Made by a program: the position numbers and the translations under genes. Positions 38,461 through 51,900 of a stretch of 64,000 nt of DNA are shown here, one piece after another. The DNA comes from Dudresnaya verticillata (taxonomy: Eukaryota), in NCBI GenBank assembly GCA_977862235.1, contig OZ374557.1, positions 2,232,001 through 2,296,000 of the forward strand. Reading direction: 5' to 3'. The notes under the pieces are model-generated. The model searched no databases, was not told the origin of the DNA, and saw nothing but the letters and a program-made list of their open reading frames with translations. Numbering within the stretch: the first letter of the stretch is position 1; each line of letters starts with the position of its first letter.

Positions 38461-39258
38461 ATCCGGCCGTTATAATTCCAAGCGAGTGAGGCCAAGAGTT
38501 CGGCCGAAGACAAGTGTGGGTGAAGGAGTTGTGTGTCGGCCAAGTGGGACAGTGCTGGGTGGTAATAACATTTTGGTGAACACATCTCACACCAAAATAC
38601 GACGGCGGCCATTTAGGGCTGGACTACCCAGGTGCGTCTCGGCCAGATCACGAATGAATGGGCCGAAATCGCCGAGAGGCATGAGCTGGGCCCGAGTTGA
38701 GTAATAGTGATTGGATGGTAAAAACTCACCATCCGGTCCTGGGGATGAGTAACGTTAATTGCAGCCCAAAATCGTGCAGACATCCGACAAGACATGTCGG
38801 CGGTTCCGACCTTCGCGACTTGGCCACTCTCACGTATGCTCTCTCGGAGAAAGACGGCCGAACTATTGCATCGTGAGGAAGAATATCGGCGGAAAACGAA
38901 GACGGAGCAAGTTGGCCGACCTACTGAAGCGCGACCGGAGCGCGAACGCAACCTGGGCAACGGCCGAAGGATGAGGCTGACAGCCGTAGAGCGAGGGGGG
39001 AGCTTTCGAGAACCCCCAAGAAAAAGACAACCATTAACATTTTTAACTCAAGTTGGCCGAACAATAAGGGGAAGAGCTGTTCTGAAAACAGGGAACCACT
39101 TACCCGGTGTCGGCCGAGTACTTCTATTATTGGCCATCAACTTTTGAACATAACAACAACTATACAAAGACGGCCATTAACACACTAACATAACATTGGC
39201 CGAAGAGAAAGGAAGCCAAGTCTTCATAAGAACTTGGCCATCCACTTGAAGATGGCGG

Positions 39259-42200
39259 TTAACGCCGGACGTAGGGGTCAGCGTATTCGCCTGGCCGAGA
39301 AGAGTAGGGCATCGGAGACCTTGGTCCCGCTGCCCCACCAGCATCCGACGATGGGTCGGCCGTGCGTGGTAAGAACGGGCTGGCCGCGGGAAGAGACATG
39401 GAAGGCGTGCCGGCCATACTAGAACGCGGAGCCGCCACCGGGGTGCCAGGCGCTGAAGGCCCGGCGCGAGCAGGTTCAGGTTGGTAATCCGACGGCCGAG
39501 GAGCAACGCGACTTTGGCCGGAGGGAATATCAAAGACTTGAGCTGGCGTCGGAGGAGCTTGAGTCGGTGTAGCAGCACCCGGCGTCCCAGCGAAGTTGGG
39601 CATCATGGGAACATTGGCCGAAAGTTGCTGATAGGGATGATGGTGAGACGGAAACTGGCCAAACGATGGAGCGGCCAGTGTCCTTATAGAAGCCAGCTGG
39701 TGGAAGCTGCGGTTGCGCTCCAAGTCCAGTAGCGTCTGCTGCTGATGGGCCGAGTCGCACCAACGGTCGCGCTGGCGCTTCCACTCCTCGCCCTGCTCCT
39801 TATGCATGGCCAGCCTCTCCTGGACATCCCGGTTAACGCCGTTGAGTCGGTTCAGCTCTCGTTTCAGACCGGCCAACTCTTCTTCACGCTTATCAATAAC
39901 GGCCTTACCCCCATCGAGATAACGTCGATAGCGTGCAATATCGACCAAGTCCTTCTCCCGCATCTCCCCGAATCGGCCGATGCATTGGTCCAGCTGGCGT
40001 AGAACAGTCACCAACGGGGCTTGGTTCAAATGACCCCTGACACTAAGCTCGGCCACAAGTCGAGGATGCGGCTGGAGAGTTTGCGGCCGAATGATAGAAG
40101 CTTCGTTGGCCACTTCCACGCCGAAGCTGCTACCGTGGCGGAAGGTAATCTGCTTACCCCAATCGAAACCACAGTACTGCTCGTCTTGCGACCCACGACG
40201 AGAAAACAAGTGGGGACGATTACGGACAGCATCGGCCAACTTGTCATAGAGGTCCACCACGTCCGGCCAATACACGTCGTTGTACAAGTGCTGGTGTGCG
40301 GGGTTCACCGGAAGCGAAGGGAGATCCTTAATGGCCGAAACTCTCTTCTCAATACTCTGAAGAGACATCCACCACATCCGCTTGGAAGCTTGTGCTTCGT
40401 AGCGGAAAAACATGGCGGCCATAACATGAATCTCCCTAGTCGTGATCTGCCGGAAGTAACCATACCAATCCACCTCAGTCGGCCATGTCTTGTACTGATG
40501 AACGAAGTAATAGGCCGTGGGACTCAACAAAGGGCACTCACCAGCAGTCGGCCATTCAGGCCAAAGGAAGGCCGGAATTGATGGGAAGGTAGTCACGGGC
40601 GGCCAGAAACACTGTTGCCCACGACCACCGGCCAAGTAGATGTAGCAACCAGTCGTCTGATGAGCAACCCAGTCGGCCGGCGCAATCACGCGGCGCAAGT
40701 CCGTGCTAGCCCACTTCGCACTACGCACCACGGCCTGGTCTGCACGATCCAACCTCCAAGACTGAGGGAAGGCATGCCACCAAGTAAACATATATGGCAT
40801 CACAGAAGATCGGCCGGTAAGCGTAAGCCAAGCTTGATGGACCAACAAGACGTCGCCCATGTTAAGTAGGAAGACGCGGTCGTATCCAATCTCCCATGGC
40901 ATCCAATATAAGTGGCCGCCAGCGCGCGAAGAACGGAACTGGCGCCAATTGTCGGCCAAGTTATCGGGACTCTCACGAAGACGAACCATATCCAGTTTCG
41001 GCGAAGTAGCCACCAGCTCCGTGTAGTTGATGTCAACTCTCGGACACTTCGGCCATATGGACATATCGGGCAAACTCGCGTCTAGTCGCAACTCTGGGCC
41101 ATCGCGATCTTCAGTCCCCGGTGGGATGTGAGCCGGCCGATGTGACGCCGTCTGAGTGTGTCTAGCAGGGTCTAAATCCTGCGGCAGGGGAGAATAATTG
41201 GCCGGTGTAGAAATCGGAACGGAATGGCCACGAGTTGGACGAGCAGATGATGCGGACGGCCGACGAACTTCCCGACTAGTGGCCGTGGCGTCCACTACGT
41301 CCTCACGCGGAATAAGTGCAGACTCTCTGAGGTCTGGCGTGGGAGCTGGAACGGCCGGCGAAGATGTTTGAGGAGCCGGAGCGGGAGCTGGAGCAACTTG
41401 CCCTTCATCATTCGGCCGAGGGAGATCTTCTAAGTCAGGTAGCTGACTAACGAAGCGCCGCTGGTCGCCATCACTCATCAACCTGGCCGGTGGCACAGGC
41501 GTGTCCGTATCAACGTCGATCACTTCGCTCCTTGAAGGAGGAGGTACCTTCTTAACGGCCGCTGTCTTCTCTTCTTCGGCCACTCGCAGCTTCTTCAATG
41601 GTGGGCTACGTGACGAAGAGGGCTTTAAGCCTGGGCCGGATCGACGAGTAGGCATGAAGGGCGAGGGAGATGACCGCAAGCGAGGCGCCAAACGATGTGC
41701 CGTGGGATTATCGGTGGCCTTCTCAGCAGTCGGCCGTCGTGGAACAGCAACGCCTGCTAAAGCACGCGCCTTCTCTCTCTGGGCCACTACATCCATGGCT
41801 TCACGCAATACGGCCAAGTCTTCTGGGTTGGCCGTCTCAGCACGATCCGCCTTCTTCCCATCGGCCGACTTATCGAGAGCCGTCTCAGCCGTTTTAGCGT
41901 TGCCATCAGTTCCAACACTGGCACACGGGGTAGATTGTTTGGCCGAAGTTGAAAGCGGGGCCGGCGGCGCAATAGCGGTAACGGTTGAAGGGCGAACTGC
42001 CGTCTTACTGGCCTGCTTATTGGTAGCCACGACTATAGGAGCAGATGACGCTCCTGCTACAGTGTCGGCCGCGGCTGTGCGCGTCGAGGGCGAAGACAGT
42101 GACGGCGCAAGTGGGAGACTTTTGATGCCGGCCGAAGAAGACGCCACCGCCACCTTCGGCGACGGTGGAAGAGCAGATATGGCCAACTTCATCGGCCTCG

Positions 42201-42665
42201 ACTTGGAAACGGGAGGGGGTGTCGGAGATGATGACGAAAGTAACACTGCATCGGCCGACGTCTTCTCATTGGTCTTCTTCGCTCCTTCCAACACGGCCAA
42301 ACGACTCTGTAGTTCCAAGATTTCCTTGTCTTCGGCCTCCGACGCTCGCGGTAGTTGGCCAGAACCTTCTGCAACTCTTCAGTGTCGGCCGGCTCCTTAC
42401 TTGATTCAGCCACTACCTTCTTTACTTGAGTCGCGGCCGAATGCTTGGATGATGACGGCACTGTAACCTTGGCCGGCGCACTCTTGGACGACGATGCAAC
42501 AGCCTTCCGCAAGTCAGCCATTGATGGCGGAGCCTTCTTCGTTTGGTCGGCCGTGTCATCCCCGCTTGAAGAGTCCGAAGAGATAACTCGTGGGGGCGGA
42601 GTCTTCTTCGCACGGCGAGTAGAGGGAGCGCGACGCGCGCGCTGTTTGGCCGGACCGGTAGTCAT
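39259..42665 (-). CDS. Antisense accessory ORF of element B (~1130 codons, one frameshift near 42345; unknown function)
   Basis: 1019-codon open frame plus upstream ORF 42189-42665. S/P/A-rich N-half with NLS-like PPLKKLRV, a Trp-rich central domain, a coiled coil and a Pro-rich tail. Confidence 0.8.
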
Positions 42666-42878
42666 CGCTACGCGATGGCCAAGGCGTGGCGTCGGAGAAG
42701 GTGGGGGAGGTTAAGAGTAAGGAGCGCAGTCGGCCGTAGGGTGCAAGCGTGCGCAGTTAAGGTGCGCGTGCTGAGGGTGATGGCCGGAGATGAGGGTGCC
42801 AGACGACGCGGCTCCCGTCTTGATATAGCCGTGATCCGACCTCGCGGCCGGGGGTCCGCGCTTACGAAGGGGGCTTTG

Positions 42879-43650
42879 TGTTGCAACGCCAAGGGGCCTC
42901 CAAAACGGGTGCAACCGGCCGGGCCAAGTGGGACAGGCAGCCCAATCAGAAAGATACGTTTGGCCAACCGACGACAGTGCGGCCGAGCGGACGCCGGTGA
43001 ACATGCGCAAGAGGCACACGTGTCCAACAAGTGTACACGTGTGTCACACGTGGCCACCTACGACACCCAAGCGCACCACGTGGCTCGCTGTACACGTATG
43101 ATCGGTGTGATCGGATCTGGAAGCAAGTGCGGAAAGGAAATTGGATTTGGCCGCAGGTGAATCAAGCAGAAGACAGCGGAAAAAATTAAGGGAAAATCTA
43201 ACTCATTTGGCCAACCACTAACGAACAAGTACTTGGTTTAGTCTGGTAAGGGTACAACATTGGCCCGACGCCGGAACACAAGTAGATATAATGGCCGACG
43301 GGGAGTAACCTCGGCCACTAACTGTAGAATAGCTCTAGACTAGCTATAGTGGCCGATTTTGGGCCTACTTAGACAGCCACAAACCACGACTCGGCCAGAA
43401 TAGGTACGAAGTCGTCCCGCCAGAGGTTGGGAGTAAAGTTTTGCAACCTTTTCCCCAACTCGGCCATTTTCCACTGCTCATCCAGGATCTTGGCCGCGAC
43501 TTCGTCTGTGCGCTCCCGCTCTACCACGCTTGCTACCGGCGCGCAGGTCCGTTCTACGTTCGGCCGTTTGCTACGAAATCCGACCGATCTTCCTGGTCCT
43601 TTGGGGTCTCATCCTGGCGTCGCATTCGGGGTGCGTTTAGAGATACTACA
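42879..43650 (+). repeat. 3' LTR of B (start +/-2 nt)
   Basis: Follows a purine tract, matches the 5' LTR, ends GATACTACA. Confidence 0.9.
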
Positions 43651-44013
43651 CAGACCACTAGGGTCTGGCCACCACGGACCGGACCGCTCGGTGCCACCCT
43701 GACTTGTATATCAGGGCGGCACTGCAGCGGCTCCTAAGGTAAACGGATAAGCAACCTTAGCCCAATCCTTTACGGTTTTCCCCGCGCCGAGCCCGTTGCG
43801 GTCTACCACCACCACCGTTACGGAAGCCGTCCCGGCACTTGTACCACCCCCTTGTCTGTTGCTTCCCAATATCCCTCTCGGTTAGCCGCTCGCTGTTCTC
43901 CCGTCTCGGTGCGAACTGCTCTACCACCCCGTGGAGGTAGTGTTGCTCTCGTCCGTTAAGGAAAGTCAGGCCAGCTGTCCGTCTCGGAGTTCGTGGGTTT
44001 TCACTACACCACA
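43651..44013 (+). repeat. Right half of an LTR ('E', distantly C-like) into which B inserted
   Basis: Shares CAGACC..GGTCTGGCC..CACGGACCGGACCGC, GTAAACGG and GCTCTACCACCCCG with LTR C. Ends TTTCACTACACCACA with no PBS after it, so it is a 3' or solo LTR. Confidence 0.75.
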
Positions 44014-44743
44014 AAGAACCTGACGCACCAGTTATTGTGTGGTCTGCTTCCGACCACCCGACCTGCAGTGGCGGAGAAGGTAAGGCAGATGCCGATGGTC
44101 GAGCAGACCAACTTCAATACCGTTCGTCGGATCGCTCACAGTGAGGTCACAACCTACCGCGCCTGCATGGCCCAGATGTCGACGCCGGCTATCGCATTGG
44201 GGCGCGGTAGGGGAGCAGTTCGGCAAGCGTCCGCACGCTGCTTCTCGAGGTGCCACACACCCCCGATAGGGAAGCGGCCTTCGAAGGCACGATGTTGGTG
44301 GCGCCCGATGACGATGGTTTCGAACCAATCATGTTCATACCCGCGTTGTCAACAGCCGGGGCGGTGCAAGCCCAGGAGACCGTGGACATATCGGGACGCA
44401 TCGACGTAGTGCTGTCGAGGAGGATCCCTCCGCTCACACCGACGCAAGAGGCAACGGCCCGCGCTGTCACCCCTGATCGACAGGGGTGGTACATCTGCTG
44501 GTTCTGCCGAGAACTCGGGCACATAATGTACTCGTCCCGTTCCTGACTAAGAAGCAGCAGTTTTACTGCGCGTATGCGAACTGCAACCATAGACTGGAGA
44601 CGCACCACGACGCGCAAAACAACTTGCAGCAACTTATCGACGAGCGCATGACGGGAGGCGCCAAGGCAAGTTACCCCGCAGGACGCTTTGACGCGTAGCG
44701 GGGTGGGGGCCGACGTTTCGACGCGAGCGTTCCCCCTGCAGCG
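44014..44743 (+). pseudogene. gag: gag fragment of an older gypsy element 'F' (A/B-like)
   Basis: GLLPTTRPAVAEKVRQMP..NFNTVRRIA and CWFCRELGHIMYS, homologous to A and B gag. Confidence 0.85.
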
Positions 44744-45141
44744 TGTGTTGAAGTGGCCGTTTCGGAGTTCGGACGAAGGGCGAGCCGACCCGCGACCATC
44801 GACAACCGGCACTCTGCTAAGTGCGCGCCAAAAGCCAAAGCGGGAGTGTATCGACACAGTAGCACTGTATGCCATACTTAAGTCTGCGCGCACCACCAAT
44901 AGGAGCAAAGTAGTTGATTAAATGTAATTAGGTAATTGTAATGATACTGTACAGTACGTAGAGTCAGCCGGCCAATTAGAATGCCGAGCATGTCCACAAC
45001 GGTGACCGGAACCAGTAGGTCCGGACCCACCTGGTGGACCAGACCCATTGGGGTCTGCCCCACACGGACCGGGCCGCGGGGCGTATCTCCCAGTATATTA
45101 ATGGGTGGCCACCGCGAGTCCTACAGTAAACGGGTACGCAA
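44744..45141 (+). repeat. Left part of a C-family LTR ('G') interrupted by element D
   Basis: Starts TGTGTTGAAGTGGCCGTTTCGGAG; 44855-45141 is highly similar to LTR C up to GGGTACGCAA. Confidence 0.9.
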
Positions 45142-46056
45142 TGTAGTGCCAGGGGGGTCCCCTTTTCCGCTTGCAAGCGAGTTGATATTCCGCGTCTACC
45201 GACGGGCGACCGCCAACGGCGCGTACAACCCGCCAACGGCGCAAACACGTCACCGACGCATGCCCCTGGCCGCCCAGGCCAGAACGGCCCGTTTGGCGTG
45301 CGGACCGCACGCCCGAACCCGGAACACTGTACGGCGCCACGCGTGCGCGCATGGCGCAGTGGCGGGAACGTCCGCTGTAAGCGTGGCCCGGATCCGGATC
45401 CAATCGAGATCCCACATCGGGATCAGACATGCGGATTAAGAGGTGTAAGGCACGCGCCTATAAGCCTGGCGCATCTGCATGGCTGGCCCGAATCCGGATC
45501 GGATCGGGATTAGTGCAGATCGAGATCGCACGCATCATGAGGCGCGCGCGGCTGCAAGGAAGTACATCCACGTGTATGCGTAAGGACTCGAGCAGGGCAG
45601 CTACGCATGATCTGTCAGGAGCGTGGCTGCATGACGGACGGATCTGTCAGACGCACCTCGGGATAACACGCGTCCCGAGTTCCCTCGCGGCGCGTACGCA
45701 CGCGTCGCCGCCACTAGGTAGTTCTATACTTAGTTGATCCGTCCCAGACGTTGAGGTAAACTCCCGGTAAGCCGGGCTTGGTCCAGACTTCCCCATTCCA
45801 CACGCGCGTACCCTACCGCTGCTTACGGCCTAAGCGTCTACCTCCCGTGCTTCCACGTCCATCACCGTCCTTGACGTGTTTCCTTTTTGTTCTCTTTTGT
45901 TCTTCCTTTCCGCCTCGGGCGTTTACAGTCCGCCCAAGGCGTGTCAACTGCTCTACCACAAGCCGCCCAAGGCGAGGCTACTCACCGCCAAAGGCGTCGC
46001 TACCCACCGAGCCCCGAACTGCTCGGCAGCGTTCCGTCTAGGACGTTTGCACCGCA
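45142..46056 (+). repeat. 5' LTR of D
   Basis: First ~195 bp repeated at 57428-57623; followed by the PBS. Confidence 0.9.
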
Positions 46057-46058
46057 AC

Positions 46059-46076
46059 TGGTCTCCCGACCTAGAA
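46059..46076 (+). promoter_or_regulatory. Primer-binding site of D
   Basis: TGGTCTCCCGACCTAGAA. Confidence 0.9.
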
Positions 46077-46183
46077 GTGTGCTGAGTTTCAACGAGTTAC
46101 TCCGTCGTGCGACGTCCGACTTTCCGTCTTCAGACGTCCGTCGCTAATCGTCCACGACGTTCAAGCAACTCTACGACTGCATT

Positions 46184-48755
46184 ATGGCCTCACGACCGCC
46201 GCCGTCGCGAGGCCCAAGTTCAAGAAGACCGTCATCGACACCGGGGAGTGTCCCCGCGTCGGAACGCTCGCTACAGCGGATGACAACGAGGTCTGGGCGC
46301 CTCGTGAGCTCTGAGATCGCATCGGCCTTTCCGACCGGTCCTGGCCACGATCACTCCCATGTATCGCTCAACAGGGTAGAAGTACCTCCCCCGCCGATAC
46401 CCGTCGTCATCCGTACCACCGTTCCCAACGAATCGGCCCTCCAAACCTATCACTCGCACGTGGATTCCGCTGCCATGGTCCAAGCCGAACAGCGGCCCGT
46501 CGAGGACGGAGCTCAAGCCGACATCGTCGAGGAACAACCGGAAGTTCCGGCCAACCAACCAACCTTACCCGTCGAAGACGACCAAGAACGCCCTGCGGGG
46601 CGCAACGTCGAAGACGAAACACCAATCCCGAGGGGCTGCTGCCCCTCACCCCACGGCAGTGCCGTATGTTCACCGGCCAGGCCGTTAGCGCAACAGCGCA
46701 GCACGGGGGGTCCGCCTCATGCGCCGACCCCCGCGCGCACACCGCCAGTGGCATCCCCAGCATCCGCCCGTGTTGGTAATCTCGCAATACCTTGGGAGCG
46801 GATTTGGGAAGTATGCGTCGCTGAAGACGGTAACTTACTCGCTCGATTCGCGTAGATGTTAGACGACAATGTCGGAGGTATCTTCAGAGGTCTGCAGACG
46901 TTGGAAGAAGATCGGGATGGTGCCCTTCAAGGACTCCGTTCCGACCTCAACCGTCTGATGACGAACCCCAACCACGGAGTAAATGCCCCGCAGCCAGCGG
47001 CATTGACGGTCCACTTTGATGGTCCGCTCTCAGTCAGAAATGAGTTCACATGAACGCTTTAAGCGATTAGCAACCCGCTTGGAGCGACTGGAAACCGCCA
47101 AATGGCGACAAGGGCCGCAGTCTGACGACGATAGTTCCGCAGAAGATCGTCACCGACGCAAGGAGCGGAAGAGGCGAAACAAGAATCGCCGCAAGCCACG
47201 TCATGGACGGAAGAAGAACCGTCACAGACGAGGGGACTCCTCCTCATCCTCCTCGGATACGTCTAGTGACGATGGGTCGACCGACGCGTCGTCCGATGTT
47301 GATGACCGCATCGCTCACCGCAGTGCCATGTGGCCCCGCGGAAAGCGTTAAAAGAGGTTGAAGGAGCTGAGCCCCTCCCACCCCCTCTTCGATCAGTTAC
47401 TATCGTATCGAACATACCGTCTTCAAGATGTGGGACAGAAACGATCTGGGCGCGAAACCGGGAAGGTCAAAGACCATATCAAGCGAATCGAGTTAACAAT
47501 GAAGGACGCCGCCTTCAACGGCAGCGACCCCGTCATGGTTCTCGAATTTTTAACGCGGTTCGCGGATGAAGCCGACATGCTAGAGATGAGCGAAGCACAA
47601 GCGTTCGTCGCACTGCCGTACTTCTTACGAGGTATGGCAGCCACGCAATTCCGCTCCGTCAAATCGACGTCCTCACGCCACCGCGGGGGCCTATCGTCGT
47701 ACCCGGAGGCGGTACACTACCTTCTCCGCACGTACGCCACGCCTTCGGCGATTTGAGACGCTGTCCTCGCCCTGCGGTCGACTAGTCAGAATCAGGGCCA
47801 AGACGAAACGACTTACGGCATGAAACTCGCCGGCGCATGTACTAGTTGCGGTAACGTTTATCCCGAATGGGAAAAGATGACACTGTACATCGATGGGTTA
47901 GACCCGATGATCAGGTCTTTAGTGGCCCGCTTCCGCGAAGAAGCGCCGAGGGCGGAGTTATCTTTTGAACGTTTAGTCCACTTCGCACAAGATGAAGCCG
48001 ACGCGCAACGCGCAAGACACGGCAGGGCCGGTTCGACGCCAGTACGACGGGATATAATGGCCCCGGCCCAAGCCGCTCGCGTATTGCGCCCCGACATTGG
48101 CGACAAACGAACGGTTCTACGTCAACAGACAAGGGGCGCGAAGCCTGCCGCACGCGCTATGATAGCGGAGTCTTCCGTTGAGTTCCGTGATGTCACCCGT
48201 CATGCGGACGATACGGAAACACACGCAGATGGACATATCTACTTGGCCTACGAACAAGCTTCAGTGCCAACATCAGCGTTACCAACGGACAGCTACGTCG
48301 AAGACGAGGACACCGGGGCAATGGACCCTACACTCGCCTTTGGGCGTTCCGTTGTGCCCGCGCCACGCGTTCCGTACTCGGCGTATGCCCACAATGTCCA
48401 TCGGGAAAGGGCAGAATGGCAAGACAGGGGTCCGTTCCGTCAAGATGCTCGCAGACAGTTGATCTGTCACCAGTGTTATGCCCGTGGGCACATCGCACCG
48501 GACTGCTTCCTCTGCATGAGCGAGTATATGAAAGCAATCGCCAACTACGAAGGCTTAACAGACGCTGAGAAGGCGGGTGTCCCCGCTGATGCGTACACTC
48601 GGTACACGGAACACGCCTTGCGCGAAGCATCACATCGTTCGGCGCGTCCACCATCGCCACGGGGCGGGCCTATGCTGCATGCAGCAGGACGTCATCCGAC
48701 GGTGATCAATAGCTATACAGCGCCGCTACAACCGCCGCAGGAGAAAAACCATTGA
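46184..48755 (+). pseudogene. gag: Element D gag, disrupted
   Basis: LSYRTYRL, FNGSDPVMVLEFL, YLLRTYAT, knuckle CHQCYARGHIAPDC. Confidence 0.9.
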
Positions 48756-48997
48756 GGGTACCAACTCCTGACACTGGGTTGTCGCACCACGCAGAGAGGC
48801 TTCCGCCTCGGGTGCTGACACGGAAGGAGGGCCCGAACGTAGCTAACAAACACGCCCATAGGCGGGTAGACTCGTCACAGACGTCCTTGCAGCGCCCGTG
48901 GCGTAGGTACCAGCCCCCACAGGCCCGGGGACAGTTGTTGGTAATGGCCAAAAGGAACTACAAGGTATAAGCCGACCTGGGCGTAACTTTAGGTACC

Positions 48998-51900
48998 TTG
49001 GGACGGAAACGTACTGTCCTCGGCACGGGGGCTGGTCCGAATTTCATTCGCATTGACGACATTCCGCTAGATTCTCGACCACGGATCGTATCCAAGAGTC
49101 TTCCCGTCATACCAGACGTTAACAACAAGGCGATTCAAACCCGGGGCACTATCGACTTAGTCGTACGTCTCGGACGGAGGGTTGTCAAGTTAGAGTTGAT
49201 CGTCTGTGAACGGCTCGCTGCGCCGGTTATACTCGGTTGCGACTTTTGCGACCGCTTTGTCGAAGCGATTTATCCGCGAAGTCGCGAGATTGAGTTGGAC
49301 GACGGGACCCGCGTCCCTATAACGCGCCACCCGCCGCGCCGGCACCCGTCGTACCCCCGTTGCCAACGGAACAAAAGTACGGCACGGCCGGAGGGCGAAT
49401 GTCGCCCAAGATACGCGTTGCGGAACGAACAATCATCCCGCCACAGGCGCAAAAGTGGATCTCGGTAACGACCGAGCGAGCAGATGTCATTACCATCCAG
49501 CCGTTTGGAACGTTATATGATCAGCAAGCTTTGGCCGTTACTAACGGGGTCGCTCAAGTAGAGCCGCTGAGAGCGTTCCGGATTCTCGTCGCAAACGTTT
49601 CTCCGCGTCCGCAAGCGCTCGTCAAAGGACAAGTTGTCGCTACTGCGTTTCCACATCCCACAGCAGTGTTCCCCAGTCACATAAGTCTAGCCGATGTCCT
49701 AGGTATCACCCAGGAGCAAGCAGCGGAGGAAGAGTCGAATCAAGATTTCCGTTTTCAAACGAATGATGGAGTAACGGCAAAGCCGGATACAATGGCTAAG
49801 TCGATCGAAGCAACTGTAGCTAAACCCCCGTCAGTGGACGAGTTGGACCTGATTCATCTCTCAGCCGAACGGCAAGAACGGATGAAGGAGATGCTGCGCA
49901 GGTACGCGTCAATTTGGGACGGTTCATTAGGAGAAATCGCAACCACGGAGCACTATATTGACTTGCTCCCCGGGTCCAGGCCGATTTCATCCCCGCCCTA
50001 CCGCGCTGGCCCAAAGCAAAGGCAACTCGCTCAAGTGGAGGTTTATCGCATGTTGCGTAACGGGGTTATCTAACCAGCACAATCGCCATGGGTGTCACCG
50101 GTCGTCTTTACTCCCAAGAAGGACGGTACGCTCCGCTTCTGCGTTGACTACCGTCGCTTGAACGCTGTGACGGTACGAGATAGGTACCCCCTCCCGCGAA
50201 TCGACGAATGTATTGACAGTCTAGGGGAAGCTAACGTCTCCACTACCCTAGACTGCAATAGTGGTTACTAGCAGGTGCCCATCAACCCGCGGGATCGCGA
50301 AAAGACTGCGTTCGCGTGCCATGCCGGGTTGTTCCGCTATAAGCGTATGCACTTCGGGCTTACTAACGCACCGGCCACGTTCCAACGCACCCTCGATATC
50401 TTGCTTGCTGGTTACAAGTGGCGCTCATGCCTCGTCTACCTTGACGATGTGATAATTTTCTCTAACGATATCGACAGTCACTTCCGTCACGTGGACGAGA
50501 TCCTTTCGACCTTGTATCGGGCCGGAGTGACACTGAAGGTAACCAAGTGCGACTTCTTCACCCCGACCGTCAACTATCTAGGCCATGTGATACGTCTGGG
50601 ACGATTGGAAGTAGACCGCATGGTCACCTCCGCGTTACTCGAAGCCAAGCATCCGTGGGACCAGAAGGAATTATGGAGCTTTCTCGGATTGTGCAACGTC
50701 TAGAGACGGTTTGTATCGCGATACGCGCATGTCGCCGCTCCCCTCACCAAAATTTGAGGAAAGAGCAAGACTTCCGGTTACAACCGTTCACCGAGGGGCA
50801 AGCCCAGGCATTTAGCACGTTTGTCGAAGCGGTTACTCACCCGCCAATCGTGTCGTTTCCACAGCAGGGACTACCGTACTCCGTCGATTGTGACGCAAGT
50901 GAATACCAAGTCGGCTGCGCACTCTTCCAAACGCAGTCTGACGGTGAACGGGAGCCGCTTGGATTCTGGTCAGGCTCGTTAACCGCTCCGGAGCGCAACT
51001 ATTCGGTATCCGAAAAGGAATGCCTCGCAAAAGTTTGGTCGATCACAACGTTGAGACCGTACCTTCAGATGGAGTCCTTCGTAGTCCATACGGACCATTC
51101 GGCGCTGAGGTGGCTGATGGAAATCAGCGACCCTTCGGGACGGTTAATGAGATGGCGCCTTCGTCTCTCTGAATTCGACTTCGTCGTGAAGTATAAAAAG
51201 GGATACCTGAATACTCAGGCAGATGCCCTCTCACGTCTACAGACGAACGGCGAAACCGTCGAACCAATTGACGATGATATCCCGTGTTACCACGGAAGTT
51301 GCGTCAAGGACGAGGATCACTCGCCAGAGGGCGGCTACGCTCACGCAGAAAGGGATATGTCAAAACGCCAAGGGCGAGGTCGATCTCTCTGAACGAGAGT
51401 TCGAGGAGTTTGACTAGATGTTGGTTACCAACGCGCCACTGGCGAATGAAGTACTCCTCCGTCAATTGATGCATGAAGAGTTGGTGCATGCCCAGGGCAA
51501 TGACTAGTACTGTTCTGAGATCCGGAAACGTCTAGACGACGGAGACGCCCTACGGTTTGCAACGGATGAACAGGGATTATTGGTTCGGACCGTCGAGGCC
51601 CGACCTCAAGTCGTTGCACCATCCGCGTTACGCGTTCGACTGCCCCACCTCCGGCATCACGCTAAATTAGCAGTACATCCCGGGGGGCGGAAGCTGTACC
51701 ATACGCTTCGACGCGAATATTATTGGCCGTCTATGTTGGTGGATTGTTACGTGACCGTCCTCAATTGCGTTACTTGCGCGAAGAACCGGGTACTGAGGCG
51801 AAAGAACGTGAAGGAGATGAAACTGCTCCCAGCAACCGAGCCCTCCAGTTTGTGTCCATCGATATACTCGAGGAGCCCATAAGTACTAAGCGGGGGAATA

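Larger units (their letters stand above)
18702..43650 (+). mobile_element. Ty3/gypsy chromodomain LTR retrotransposon 'B' (interrupted by A in its 5' LTR and by C in gag)
   Basis: LTR pair 18702-19429 / ~42879-43650, PBS 19431-19448, PPT-like ACGAAGGGGG at ~42864-42873, gag-pol and an antisense ORF. Confidence 0.95.

Noticed and set aside
41501..42466. 321-aa plus-strand ORF and similar shadow ORFs (e.g. 54776-55633, 28329-29120)
   Set aside because: These mirror low-complexity S/A/P-rich antisense ORFs and are expected from stop-poor GC-rich codons.
28547..42665. env genes (errantivirus-like third ORF)
   Set aside because: The extra ORFs are antisense and show no clear signal peptide, transmembrane anchor or fusion-protein pattern by eye.
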